Of a stretch of DNA of 64,000 bases, positions 9,520 through 19,202 are shown in pieces; positions within the stretch are counted from its first letter, which is position 1, and every line of letters starts with the position of its first letter. The notes beneath the pieces were generated by a model. It saw only the letters and a list, made by a program, of their open reading frames with translations, made no database searches and was not told where the DNA came from. The stretch lies in the NCBI GenBank assembly GCA_963662655.2, contig CAXXTU010000002.1:3264001-3328000 (forward strand), read 5' to 3'. Source of the DNA: Candidatus Cloacimonadales bacterium. GTDB lineage: Bacteria > Cloacimonadota > Cloacimonadia > Cloacimonadales > JAIOQZ01. The translations under genes were made by a program, and so were the position numbers.

Positions 9520-11583
9520 ATGAACAAATCATCACTCGCGCTCATCTTAATTTTCGTGTTTACTTCACTTTTCGCAACCAACAATCTCAACATTTCAAGC
9601 CCAGAGCGAACAGGCCGGTCTGTGCCGATAGCGATTACAGCAAGTTCCGCTTTTGTCGATATGGACAGCGCAATATTGAGAGGTCGTATATGTAGCAATG
9701 CCGAGGATGTTGTTGTCTGGTTCGAGTACGGGACGACAACCAGTTATGGTACAGTCGTAGCGGCAGAACCGCACAACGTTTATACGTATCCCGATATTTA
9801 CGAGGAAGTCAGTGCTGAAATTACAGGGCTGGCGCCGTTCAATCAGTATTATTATCGAGTTTATGTAGAATGGACTGGGGAAACGGTTTATGGCAGTAGT
9901 TCAAGCTTTCTGACCGTCCCAAATTTCACCCCGTATGCTCAAACAAATGCTGCAACGGATGTATATATCCACAATGCGACCTTGAATGGTCTCGTTAATC
10001 CAATGAACAGCCTTGTCGATATCGTCTTCGAATACGGAACCGATGCCACCTATGGCACAACAGTGGCTGCGGAGCCGGCGTCTCTCGACGGTACAACGCC
10101 TACGGTGGTTACTAAAGCGCTTACCGGTTTAACGCCCAATACCACCTACCATTATCATGTGGTTGCGGACAATGGAAGTATGGCAGGATATGGCTTGGAT
10201 ATGACATTTACAACGCCAGCGACGGAATGCTTTGGCATTTTCCCGGAAGATGGAGCAATGGATTTACCAAGACAAACAACAGTGACTTGGGAATTCAATG
10301 GTCTTGAGGATATCGTTGAATGGAAAGTCTACTGGACTGAAGATGGCGTTCAAACTTATACTCGTGTATTCAGTTACGGTGGGACGGTTAAACATTTTCA
10401 GTTGCCTGAAGCGAACTGGGGCGAAACCGTGAGCTGGTACGTTATTCCGGTGGACTGGGAAGCAAATGATTGCGAACCTTCGATAACAAGAACTTTTACT
10501 GTCATGTCTGAACCTGCGGATCCGTCCAGTGTACCAACCCAGATCGTCTACGCAGAACAGGATATAAGCGGCGATGCGGATCCTGACGCCATCTCATTGC
10601 CTGCGATCGATCTCGGAAACGGTGATGTTCAGCCGACCATCGATTGTTTGTTCGATAGCGCACCGTTTCCATTTACTTTCTGGTGTGAGGTTTCCGACCA
10701 ACCGCAGAGTCCCGTACCGAATCCATCAGACGTTATCGTTGCATTCAGGGTCAATCTTCCCAGCGATGTTTCAACCGATTTCACGTTTAACTGGGGTGGC
10801 GGTGAGATTCCGGCAAGTATCTACCAGCGTGAAGATGGCTCGGGAGTTTGGACAGAATACATTCCTTCGGGCGAATTTGTAGCAGGTTCCGTTAACATCC
10901 TGGCGAGTGCCGGCGGACGTGCATACGCCCGGGAGTACGTCGTTCTCAGCAGTGAAACTCTTCCGGTTGAGCTTTCTTCCTTTACCGCCATGCAAACGCA
11001 ATCCAACCTCGCGCGCATCGAGTGGGCGACGGCATCGGAAAGCGAACTTCTGGGATATCACGTACTACGTGGAACGCAGGCCGATGTTGACTCGGCGATG
11101 CGGATTACCGCGGAGCCGGTCCCCGCGCAGAATTCACCCTCCGGTAACAGCTACGAGGTCATCGACAACGATGTGAGAGTGGGCGAGACATACAACTACT
11201 GGCTGGAATCCGTCGATTTGAGCGGTTCGCTCAGGCTGCACGGCCCCGTAACGCTCACGATCGTATCCGGTGGAGAAGAGCAGGATGTCCCGGACGCCGA
11301 GCTTCTTACCGGGATTCGCTCTATCTACCCGAACCCGTTCAACCCTTCCACGACGATCAGCTACTATCTTACGGAAGGCGCGTCCGTCGAACTGAGCATC
11401 TTCAATATCCGCGGAGAGAAAGTCCGCAGCTTCAAGAAAGGCTATCAGAACGGCGATTCCCACTACCAGATCGTATGGGACGGCTGCGACGACAACGGCA
11501 AGAAAACCTCGACGGGAACGTACCTGTTCTGCCTGACGGCGGGTGGCCGGGAATTCTCTCAAAAGGCGATCATGATCAAGTAA
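9520..11583 (+). CDS. Secreted protein with two Fn3-like repeats and a FlgD/T9SS-type C-terminal sorting domain
   Basis: Signal peptide MNKSSLALILIF (ATG 9520 preferred over the track start at 9373); 'FEYGT...YG' repeats; LPVELSSF; YPNPFNP...KAIMIK. Confidence 0.85.
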   Translation: MNKSSLALILIFVFTSLFATNNLNISSPERTGRSVPIAITASSAFVDMDSAILRGRICSNAEDVVVWFEYGTTTSYGTVVAAEPHNVYTYPDIYEEVSAEITGLAPFNQYYYRVYVEWTGETVYGSSSSFLTVPNFTPYAQTNAATDVYIHNATLNGLVNPMNSLVDIVFEYGTDATYGTTVAAEPASLDGTTPTVVTKALTGLTPNTTYHYHVVADNGSMAGYGLDMTFTTPATECFGIFPEDGAMDLPRQTTVTWEFNGLEDIVEWKVYWTEDGVQTYTRVFSYGGTVKHFQLPEANWGETVSWYVIPVDWEANDCEPSITRTFTVMSEPADPSSVPTQIVYAEQDISGDADPDAISLPAIDLGNGDVQPTIDCLFDSAPFPFTFWCEVSDQPQSPVPNPSDVIVAFRVNLPSDVSTDFTFNWGGGEIPASIYQREDGSGVWTEYIPSGEFVAGSVNILASAGGRAYAREYVVLSSETLPVELSSFTAMQTQSNLARIEWATASESELLGYHVLRGTQADVDSAMRITAEPVPAQNSPSGNSYEVIDNDVRVGETYNYWLESVDLSGSLRLHGPVTLTIVSGGEEQDVPDAELLTGIRSIYPNPFNPSTTISYYLTEGASVELSIFNIRGEKVRSFKKGYQNGDSHYQIVWDGCDDNGKKTSTGTYLFCLTAGGREFSQKAIMIK

Positions 11584-11615
11584 CCGGATCGTGAACAAAG
11601 CAAGTTGGTATTCAT

Positions 11616-11642
11616 AGCCGGAGTCTAGCGCTCCGGCTTTTT
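11616..11642 (+). terminator. Rho-independent terminator
   Basis: AGCCGGAG/CTCCGGCT stem followed by a T-tract. Confidence 0.8.
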
Positions 11643-11786
11643 CTACTGTCTGTGTTCGCCTGGAAATGAATACGAATGTAGAACAGTCCGGGCTGTTAAA
11701 AATTCATTTGACAACTGGCAGAGCGATGAAGAAGATAGCACAATTGATACTCGATATCAAACTACCTATTTTGAAAGGAATGAGCA

Positions 11787-12740
11787 TTGAAAAACATACT
11801 TGTAACTGGCGCCGCCGGACAGATTGGAACCGAGCTTGTCTCTTCTCTTCGATCGATTTATGGCGATTCGCATGTGGTCGCATCCGATCTCCGTTCGGAT
11901 CTCACGGGCGAACTTGTGGAACGTGGACCTTTCGAGGTTATCGACTGCCTGAATGCACAGCAATTCAATGATGTCGTGAAGAAATACAAAATCGACACCA
12001 TTTATCATCTCGCGGCACTTCTCTCGGCAGTAGCCGAGGCAAAGCCGGAAGTTGCCTGGAACGTGAACATGGGCGGATTGCAGAACGCGCTCAATATCGC
12101 GAGAGACAATAAAGCCGCCGTATTCACTCCGAGCTCTATTGGAGCGTTCGGACCGACGACCCCTGCGGACAACACTCCCCAGGATACCATCCAGCGTCCC
12201 ACATCGATCTACGGCGTTACCAAAGTGGCCGGAGAGCTCCTTTGCGATTACTATCACAAACGCTTTGGGGTTGACACGCGCGGCGTTCGTTATCCTGGGA
12301 TCATCTCCAGCGTTACCGAGCCGGGCGGAGGCACCACCGATTATTCAGTGCATATATTCTACGAAGCGGTAAAGAAAGGCCATTACACATGTTACATCAG
12401 AAAAGGGACCTTGATGGACATGATGTATATGCCCGATTGCATCAAGGCCGCAATCGACGTGATGGAGGCCGATCCGGCCCGTCTGAAACACCGCAACGCC
12501 TTCAACGTGACCGCCATGAGCTTCGATCCCGAAGAACTCGCCGTTGCAATCCGCAAAGAAATGCCCGAGTTCACCATGGACTACGATGTGGACCCGGTTC
12601 GCCAGGCGATTGCAGATAGCTGGCCCAACAATATGGACGATACGGCTGCAAGGGAAGAATGGGATTGGTGCCCGAAGTACGACATCACTTCCATGACCAA
12701 GGACATGATTGAGAAGCTTACCATCAAACTCAAAGGATAA
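11787..12740 (+). CDS. tdh: L-threonine 3-dehydrogenase (SDR/epimerase type)
   Basis: GAAGQIG, HLAALLSA, PSSIGAFG, YGVTK and PGGGTTDY, the signature of SDR-type TDH; kbl is nearby. Confidence 0.88.
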   Translation: MKNILVTGAAGQIGTELVSSLRSIYGDSHVVASDLRSDLTGELVERGPFEVIDCLNAQQFNDVVKKYKIDTIYHLAALLSAVAEAKPEVAWNVNMGGLQNALNIARDNKAAVFTPSSIGAFGPTTPADNTPQDTIQRPTSIYGVTKVAGELLCDYYHKRFGVDTRGVRYPGIISSVTEPGGGTTDYSVHIFYEAVKKGHYTCYIRKGTLMDMMYMPDCIKAAIDVMEADPARLKHRNAFNVTAMSFDPEELAVAIRKEMPEFTMDYDVDPVRQAIADSWPNNMDDTAAREEWDWCPKYDITSMTKDMIEKLTIKLKG

Positions 12741-12776
12741 TACTGACATACAAATGAAATTACCCGGGATAGTCGA

Positions 12777-13151
12777 TTGATTTTTGGCGTAGGAATAGAC
12801 CACATAGAGGTTGAAAGAGTAAAGAAAAGCGTTGATACAGTCGAAGGCTTTCTTGAAAAAGTCTTCACCCGGAACGAAATCGACAATTGCGAAACCCGTA
12901 AGACAAAGCACCAGTGTTACGCAGCCAGGTTCGCGGCCAAAGAGGCTATGATGAAAGCGCTTGGAACCGGCTGGCAGAATGGCGTGTCATTCACCGACAT
13001 TGAAATCGCCAACGATGAGATGGGCAAGCCCGTCATGCATACATACGGAAAAGTTGACGAAATTCTCAAACTGAATAAAATTCAATCCATTCATGTTTCG
13101 TTGTCACATATCAAGTCAACGGCTGCAGCTATGGTTATACTCGAAATATAA
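12777..13151 (+). CDS. acpS: Holo-ACP synthase
   Basis: GVGIDHIE, AARFAAKEA.MKALGTG and HVSLSH motifs. Confidence 0.95.
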   Translation: MIFGVGIDHIEVERVKKSVDTVEGFLEKVFTRNEIDNCETRKTKHQCYAARFAAKEAMMKALGTGWQNGVSFTDIEIANDEMGKPVMHTYGKVDEILKLNKIQSIHVSLSHIKSTAAAMVILEI

Positions 13152-13192
13152 TATCAGCAAAAGGGCGCTGCCGCGCCTGAAGGAGAGAAAAT

Positions 13193-14899
13193 ATGTCAAA
13201 CATTGGATCCTACGAAGACAGAATTAAAAACTTCAACTGGTCCATTTCCGAACAAGAACTCGAATACCAGGACGGCAACGTTATCAACATCGGCTGGTAT
13301 TGCAGTGATCGAATCTGCGAGAAGGGACACGGCGACCGCGTAGCGCTCTACTGGGAAGGCCTGATGGGCGCGAAGAAGCAATACACCTTCGACGACATCC
13401 GTGTGGCAAGTAACACCGTCGGGCAGTTCCTTCGCAACCTCGGAATCAAGAACGAAGATCGCGTTTGCCTCTTCATGGACAAAATTCCCGAGCTCTACAT
13501 CGGTTTCCTCGGCGTCCTGAAGATTGGCGCGATCGCACAACCGCTTTTCTCCGCGTTCGGCGACGAATCGCTGCTTGTCCGTCTGGACAACGCGGAAACC
13601 ACGGCGATTATCACCCAGAAGAAGCACGTCAACAAAGTCCGCCGCATCCTGGAAAAAACGCCTTACCTCAAACACATCATCGTGGTGGATTACGACGGCA
13701 AGAAACCGCTCCAGGAACGTGAAGTGGCTTTCGATCTGGAAACCGCCGACAAGGTGCAGGATTTCGAGATTTATCCCACCAAGGCCGAGTCTCCATCCGT
13801 TCTGCATTACACCTCTGGCACCACAGGACAGCCAAAGGGCGTCAAGCACGTCCACTACTCGTTGATTTCGCAGTACCTCACCACCAAGTGGGTTCTCGAT
13901 CTCAAGGAGGGCGACGTCTACTGGTGTACCGCCGATCCGGGATGGGTCACAGGTACTTCCTACGGCATCATCGGGCCGTGGAGTCAGGGCGTCACGCAGT
14001 GCGTGCTGGATACCGGTTTCTCCGCCGAATCGTGGTATCAGTTTATCGAGAAATACAAGATCACCGTATGGTACTCAGCGCCGACCGCCATTCGCTCGCT
14101 CATGAAAGCCGGCGACGAACTGGTGAAGAAGTACGACCTTTCGACGCTCCGGCATCTGGCAAGCGTGGGCGAACCGCTCAACCCGGAAGCCGTCGTGTGG
14201 TCGGAGAAAGTGTTTGGAAGAATGTTTCTCGATTCTTACTGGCAGACGGAGACGGGCTCGATCATGATCTCCAACTATCCGGGCATGCGAATCAAGCCGG
14301 GTTCCATGGGAAAACCGTTCCCGGGAATTACGGGAACCATCGTCGATACCTCGACCTTCGAGGAAATCAATGAGCCAGGCAAGATCGGCCTGATCGCCTT
14401 CCGACCGGGATGGCCGGCGATGATGCGTACGTACTGGAACAACGAAGCGACGTATCAGAGCAAGTTCCAGAACGGCTGGTATCTCCCCGGCGATCGCGCA
14501 CATATCGATCCGGACGGCTATTTCTGGTTCGTGGGTCGCGACGACGACGTGATCAACACCGGCGGACACCTTGTCAGCCCGTTCGAAGTCGAGTCTGCGC
14601 TACTGGAGCATGAAGCGGTAGCGGAATCGGCGGTCGTCTCCAAGCCGGACGATGTCAACATGGAAGTCGTGAAGGCTTTTGTCGTGCTCAAGCCCGGGTT
14701 TGAACCCACAGCGGATCTCGAGCTCAAGATCATGAACTTCATTCGCAAGAAACTCTCGCCGCTGGCAATGCCGCAGGAGACCGAATACGTGAAATCCCTG
14801 CCCAAGACGCGCAGCGGTAAAATTATGCGCCGGTTGCTCCACGCCAAGGAGTGGGGCGAAGAGATCGGCGACACCTCAACACTCGAAGACGACGAATAA
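13193..14899 (+). CDS. acsA: Acetate--CoA ligase-like AMP-forming acyl ligase (AcsA type)
   Basis: YTSGTTGQPKG, CTADPGWVTG, SVGEPLN, WQTETG and LPKTRSGKIMRR motifs. Confidence 0.85.
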   Translation: MSNIGSYEDRIKNFNWSISEQELEYQDGNVINIGWYCSDRICEKGHGDRVALYWEGLMGAKKQYTFDDIRVASNTVGQFLRNLGIKNEDRVCLFMDKIPELYIGFLGVLKIGAIAQPLFSAFGDESLLVRLDNAETTAIITQKKHVNKVRRILEKTPYLKHIIVVDYDGKKPLQEREVAFDLETADKVQDFEIYPTKAESPSVLHYTSGTTGQPKGVKHVHYSLISQYLTTKWVLDLKEGDVYWCTADPGWVTGTSYGIIGPWSQGVTQCVLDTGFSAESWYQFIEKYKITVWYSAPTAIRSLMKAGDELVKKYDLSTLRHLASVGEPLNPEAVVWSEKVFGRMFLDSYWQTETGSIMISNYPGMRIKPGSMGKPFPGITGTIVDTSTFEEINEPGKIGLIAFRPGWPAMMRTYWNNEATYQSKFQNGWYLPGDRAHIDPDGYFWFVGRDDDVINTGGHLVSPFEVESALLEHEAVAESAVVSKPDDVNMEVVKAFVVLKPGFEPTADLELKIMNFIRKKLSPLAMPQETEYVKSLPKTRSGKIMRRLLHAKEWGEEIGDTSTLEDDE

Positions 14900-14914
14900 A
14901 GACCATACACAGAT

Positions 14915-14948
14915 CATCCGGGTGGATATTCGCCCGGATGGTCTTTTT
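14915..14948 (+). terminator. Rho-independent terminator
   Basis: CATCCGGG/CCCGGATG stem followed by a T-tract. Confidence 0.75.
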
Positions 14949-15016
14949 ATCATTCCTTCATAAAGTTTTGCAGTATATTGAATTTTCGTGCGTTGGGAAT
15001 GCATGAGGAGGTCTTC

Positions 15017-15700
15017 ATGAAATACATTCCAATCGTAATACTGGTCGCAATCATCCTTTGTTCCTGCGGCTTCGATCATTCAACGTCTCCCGATCTCGAT
15101 TCGGCGGAGAACGTTGCGTGCGATTATCGCATCTCGTTCGTAATGCCACTGGTGCTTCCCTGCGGTACATACGAGCAGGATTATGTTTCGGTGACAGGCT
15201 CGCTGGGAGTATTGTACTCGTGCGAAGTATGGGTCGATAGCAACCTGGTTGTTAGCGGAAACAGCGATGTGCCGGTAACATCTTTCACCGGTTACATGAA
15301 CATCCGCCCCGGGCAGACGTATCACGTCCGGGCAAGGATCAACGATGTGATCCAGGAAACGTTCGATTTCACGATCCCCTTCCATCCTTATACTCACTGC
15401 CCTGAATCGTACCCGCCGGGAGAGGATCAAACAGTTATCTGGTACTTGTCCCAAAGCTCCATGCGCCAGTACATTCTGTTCAATTCGGTCGATTATGGGA
15501 ACGGCATGTATCCTTATGGCTCGGAAATAGCGCTCGATCCCAATTTAAGGTCTTATACGATGCGCAGCGATGTTTTCAGATTGCCCGAGCATCCCTGGAT
15601 GTATATATTCTTCGGGCAGGAAAACTGGGAAGTGAAGAACGGCGTAATGCTATACGCTTTAACAGAATCTTGCGAGTACTACTCGCCGGAGATAGAGTGA
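15017..15700 (+). CDS. Lipoprotein, member 1 of a paralogous tandem array
   Basis: RBS GAGGAGG; lipobox ILCSC; shared motif 'G.TY.....N......P..P....P......W.L......Q'. Confidence 0.75.
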   Translation: MKYIPIVILVAIILCSCGFDHSTSPDLDSAENVACDYRISFVMPLVLPCGTYEQDYVSVTGSLGVLYSCEVWVDSNLVVSGNSDVPVTSFTGYMNIRPGQTYHVRARINDVIQETFDFTIPFHPYTHCPESYPPGEDQTVIWYLSQSSMRQYILFNSVDYGNGMYPYGSEIALDPNLRSYTMRSDVFRLPEHPWMYIFFGQENWEVKNGVMLYALTESCEYYSPEIE

Positions 15701-16464
15701 TGAAAGTCCTTACGATATCCCTGATAACACTGATTCTCCTTGCCGCGCTGGCTTCGTGCAATCTGCTCGACAGCGATGGCAGTGGGAACGGCTCAGACAT
15801 CGTAAAAATCCCATACGACGAGAATACCCGCTACATTGTGACAGTGAGTCCGGAGTGGGGATTGATCAGTGTGATTTCCGATACGGATGTCCCGGTCGAT
15901 ACGGTTGTTGTTCTGGTGGACGGGCATATCATTGAAAATGTGGATGCGGATGACGGCAATCTTGTTCGCTTTGCCGGTTTCTACTCCTTCGAGCAGGATG
16001 AGACCTACCATATCGATGTAACAATTGATGGGGTATACCATGAATCGGCGGACGTCAGAATGGTTTGCGTGCCTGAGATCGCTGCCCCTGAAGCGATTCA
16101 AGATAACGTCGATACGGAGGTGAGCTGGAGCCTCGAGCAAGATGCTGTATCGCAGATTATTCTATTCAACCACTATCCGGGTGGCGACATCCAGGAAGAG
16201 CCGGAATTGTATTACACCTATATACCACCTTCGCAGAGAAGTTTTGCGCTGGCTGCGGAAGAATTCAGCTTCACGGACGAATCCATCCTTCACATTGATC
16301 TGGAGGAGTATAACTGGTCGGTGCACGGCGTGTTCAGGTTTATGAGTTTTAGCAACGTTCAGAGAGATGTTGGAACTCGTGATCAATCCAGGCATTTGGA
16401 TCCATTGGATTTTGATAAGTTCGCGCGTGCAATTTTGACCGGAGTGTTAACGAGTGATAAATGA
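15700..16464 (+). CDS. Lipoprotein, member 2 of the array
   Basis: Lipobox LASC; start overlaps the previous stop (TGATG); same motif. Confidence 0.75.
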   Translation: MKVLTISLITLILLAALASCNLLDSDGSGNGSDIVKIPYDENTRYIVTVSPEWGLISVISDTDVPVDTVVVLVDGHIIENVDADDGNLVRFAGFYSFEQDETYHIDVTIDGVYHESADVRMVCVPEIAAPEAIQDNVDTEVSWSLEQDAVSQIILFNHYPGGDIQEEPELYYTYIPPSQRSFALAAEEFSFTDESILHIDLEEYNWSVHGVFRFMSFSNVQRDVGTRDQSRHLDPLDFDKFARAILTGVLTSDK

Positions 16465-16583
16465 TTGTGGAAATCACCGGAAAACCGTATTAAAATTGAT
16501 TGACGGTAGATATCCCAATGAATAGACTTCGTATCATCAATGAATAGCCGTTCATTCCGAAAGGGGAATATACAAGGAGAACC

Positions 16584-17333
16584 ATGAAACGCTACACCAT
16601 TCATGCTGGCTTAGCCGTACTCGCAATATTGCTTCTGGCGTCCTGTAACCCATTTGATTGCAGCGGATCCGGCGATGATCTGGGCTATTATCGTTTTCAT
16701 TTTTCCGCTACTTGCTATGACGATACGACTGGTAGTGCAGGGGTAATCGTCTTTGAGGAAAGTGATTCGGTAGAGACAATCCGGTTGTTTGTCGATGGGA
16801 TAGAGATGCCTGTTGAAGAGCAATTCGGTGAATATGTTTACACATATTCATTTCATGCGGTTCCAGGTGAAACGATTGACTATCGAATTCTATTCAACGA
16901 TGAGAGGCAATACTCCGCAACACTGGAAATGCCATACATTCCATCCGTTGATTTCCCTGAAACATGGGACGGCCAGACGGATGAGTTACTGACGTGGGAG
17001 CTGGAAAGAAACACCCAGTCACAGTTCTTCTGGGTTTTCGGCCCTGACGATGACAACACCGGTGCATACTATTACCTCACACCTTCGGAAAGGCAATTCG
17101 CCATGTCGGCGGGATTTCATGGGTATGAAGGACTGGAAGATCAGACTCTGAGGTTGTATTTGTATAATCAGAATGTGACTTACATCTTTGATAATCCGTT
17201 TATAGCCTATTCGCGAATTCACCGGAGATATAAACAAGAAGAGTCTTCGTCTTCAGAAGACGATTTTATGGAAATGTATGACTTTCATCAGCGCATGATG
17301 GGGCAGATGCTCGAAGCGATGCAGCCTAGATGA
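16584..17333 (+). CDS. Lipoprotein, member 3 of the array
   Basis: Lipobox LASC; 'PYIPSVDFPETWDGQ...W.L...QSQ...GPD' motif. Confidence 0.78.
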   Translation: MKRYTIHAGLAVLAILLLASCNPFDCSGSGDDLGYYRFHFSATCYDDTTGSAGVIVFEESDSVETIRLFVDGIEMPVEEQFGEYVYTYSFHAVPGETIDYRILFNDERQYSATLEMPYIPSVDFPETWDGQTDELLTWELERNTQSQFFWVFGPDDDNTGAYYYLTPSERQFAMSAGFHGYEGLEDQTLRLYLYNQNVTYIFDNPFIAYSRIHRRYKQEESSSSEDDFMEMYDFHQRMMGQMLEAMQPR

Positions 17334-17349
17334 TAACGGAGGAGTTATT

Positions 17350-18672
17350 ATGAAACGTTTTTTGATTGGATTACTGGTTATTGCACTGACGCTAGTCATG
17401 TTCGTTTCCTGCGAATCGGACGATGACGATAAAGATACGGGTTTGACACAACCGCCGGGCGAGGGCGAGTGTATGTTCAGCCTGACGGCATTTGCGGACG
17501 GTCGCACGGGGTCCGTTTATGTGAGCGGCTGGGATGAAGCGATTACCTCCGTCGCATTGTTGATTGACGATGAGGAAGTCGTCCTTGCTGGAGATGAAGA
17601 GGTTTGGGGAGCGGATTACGATTTTGAGCCGGGAGCGACCTATGCATTCGACCTAACGGTGAACGAGACCTATCATCAGACTGCGAATCTTGTAATTCCC
17701 CATATACCAAACGTGAATTTCCCAGAGACCTGGGATGGGCAATCGGAGTGCGAAATTTCGTGGACGCTGGCTTCGAATGCGCAGAGTCAATTGTGGTATT
17801 TCTATGGCCCGGATGAAGTCGAGAATTCCGAGGATTATGCTCCTGAGTATATCAGCCCCTCTCAGAGAACCTATACCTTATCGGGAGGTTTTCACGGTTT
17901 TACAGGTGAAGCGGGACAAGAACTTCGACTCACGCTGGAGGAAGAGAACTGGACATTGAGGGACGACATTCTGTTCCTTGCCTACAGTAGCGATTATGCC
18001 TCATACTTTGTGGAGGACGAACCGGTCGATCAGCCTCCGACAGAGGATTGGCGATATGGCATTACTACCGCCTACTACAGTGGAAGAGAAGGCTTCATCT
18101 ACGTATATGCGCTCGACATGGACGACATCATCGAATCGTGTTCACTGACAATCAATGGTGAAGCAATTGCGATGACATATAACACGGAATACAACGAGTG
18201 GTGGGGAGATTATGCTGTCGAGGAGGGCGCGACATACACGTTCAACCTCGATATCAACAACGGCGCATACAGCCAGGAGGCAGAGCTTGCCGTTCCGTAC
18301 GTTGCCGTGCCGACGTACGACGAGACCTGGGACGGGCAATCGGTTTATAATCTTACCTGGGAGCTCGATCAGGATTCCGATGCGCAGTCGCTCTTCATCT
18401 TTGGTCCCGATGACGAGGCCACGAGGTCGATCTACATCCTCTCGATGCTCCGGGCTTACCTTCTGCTCGCAGGAATTCACGGATATGACAATCCCGACGT
18501 GGAGGGGCTGAGCGTGTCGATCGATCAGGAAAACTACCTTCTCGCCGGTCAGCTTCTATTCATCACATATACATACGCGGAGGCATACTTCGGAACCTAC
18601 GGCGGATACGACAGGGAGAATGATCGGGAATGCGCTCGCAGAATAACACATCAGGTGATACAGCGAATCTGA
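17350..18672 (+). CDS. Lipoprotein, member 4 of the array, with two copies of the domain
   Basis: Lipobox FVSC; 'GATY.F.L..N...P..ETWDGQ...W.L' occurs twice. Confidence 0.8.
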   Translation: MKRFLIGLLVIALTLVMFVSCESDDDDKDTGLTQPPGEGECMFSLTAFADGRTGSVYVSGWDEAITSVALLIDDEEVVLAGDEEVWGADYDFEPGATYAFDLTVNETYHQTANLVIPHIPNVNFPETWDGQSECEISWTLASNAQSQLWYFYGPDEVENSEDYAPEYISPSQRTYTLSGGFHGFTGEAGQELRLTLEEENWTLRDDILFLAYSSDYASYFVEDEPVDQPPTEDWRYGITTAYYSGREGFIYVYALDMDDIIESCSLTINGEAIAMTYNTEYNEWWGDYAVEEGATYTFNLDINNGAYSQEAELAVPYVAVPTYDETWDGQSVYNLTWELDQDSDAQSLFIFGPDDEATRSIYILSMLRAYLLLAGIHGYDNPDVEGLSVSIDQENYLLAGQLLFITYTYAEAYFGTYGGYDRENDRECARRITHQVIQRI

Positions 18673-18698
18673 AATAAATAAGAAAAGGAGAGTTTACT

Positions 18699-18953
18699 AT
18701 GGCAGATCGTGAAGAAATCAAAGAAGTCGTATTGGAATACGTAATCGATGAATATGTAGAGGACGACGACGATGAAGTGACCTTCGATTCACCGCTGATT
18801 TCCGGCGGACTGGTCGATTCGTTCTCGATGGTCTCTCTCAAGCGCTTTCTGGAGAACAAGTACAAGATCAGTCTTCCGGATGAGGAAGCGACTCCGGAAG
18901 CCTTCGACAGCGTAAACAGTATTGCCGACCTGGTGCTCAAACACCTGGGTTGA
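18699..18953 (+). CDS. Acyl/aminoacyl carrier protein
   Basis: 84 aa, acidic, with GGLVDSF phosphopantetheine attachment site. Confidence 0.9.
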   Translation: MADREEIKEVVLEYVIDEYVEDDDDEVTFDSPLISGGLVDSFSMVSLKRFLENKYKISLPDEEATPEAFDSVNSIADLVLKHLG

Positions 18954-19000
18954 GTTCATGTTGGGCCGGTCGGGGAGCAATCTCCGGCCGGTATCGTTTT

Positions 19001-19169
19001 ATCGCTGTGTGATCCCCGCCCGTGCGATCGAATAGACGTCCCCGCAATTTCGACGTTTTGTAATGGGATTTGCGGGAGAAAAAATTGACAAATCCCATTC
19101 CAAAAGTCTAAATTGCGGTTCCCACCCACCCGGAAAAAAAGATCGCCCGGGAGGGGATCACACAGCAAT
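19001..19169. repeat. ~170-bp imperfect palindrome embedding the predicted kbl promoter
   Basis: Outer arms 19001-19029/19141-19169 match at 26/29; inner arms ~19042-19072/19089-19118 are near-perfect; TTGACA at 19085 and TAAATT at 19109. Confidence 0.85.
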
Positions 19170-19202
19170 GCAACGACACAATAATCAATAAAGGAGTTTA
19201 TT

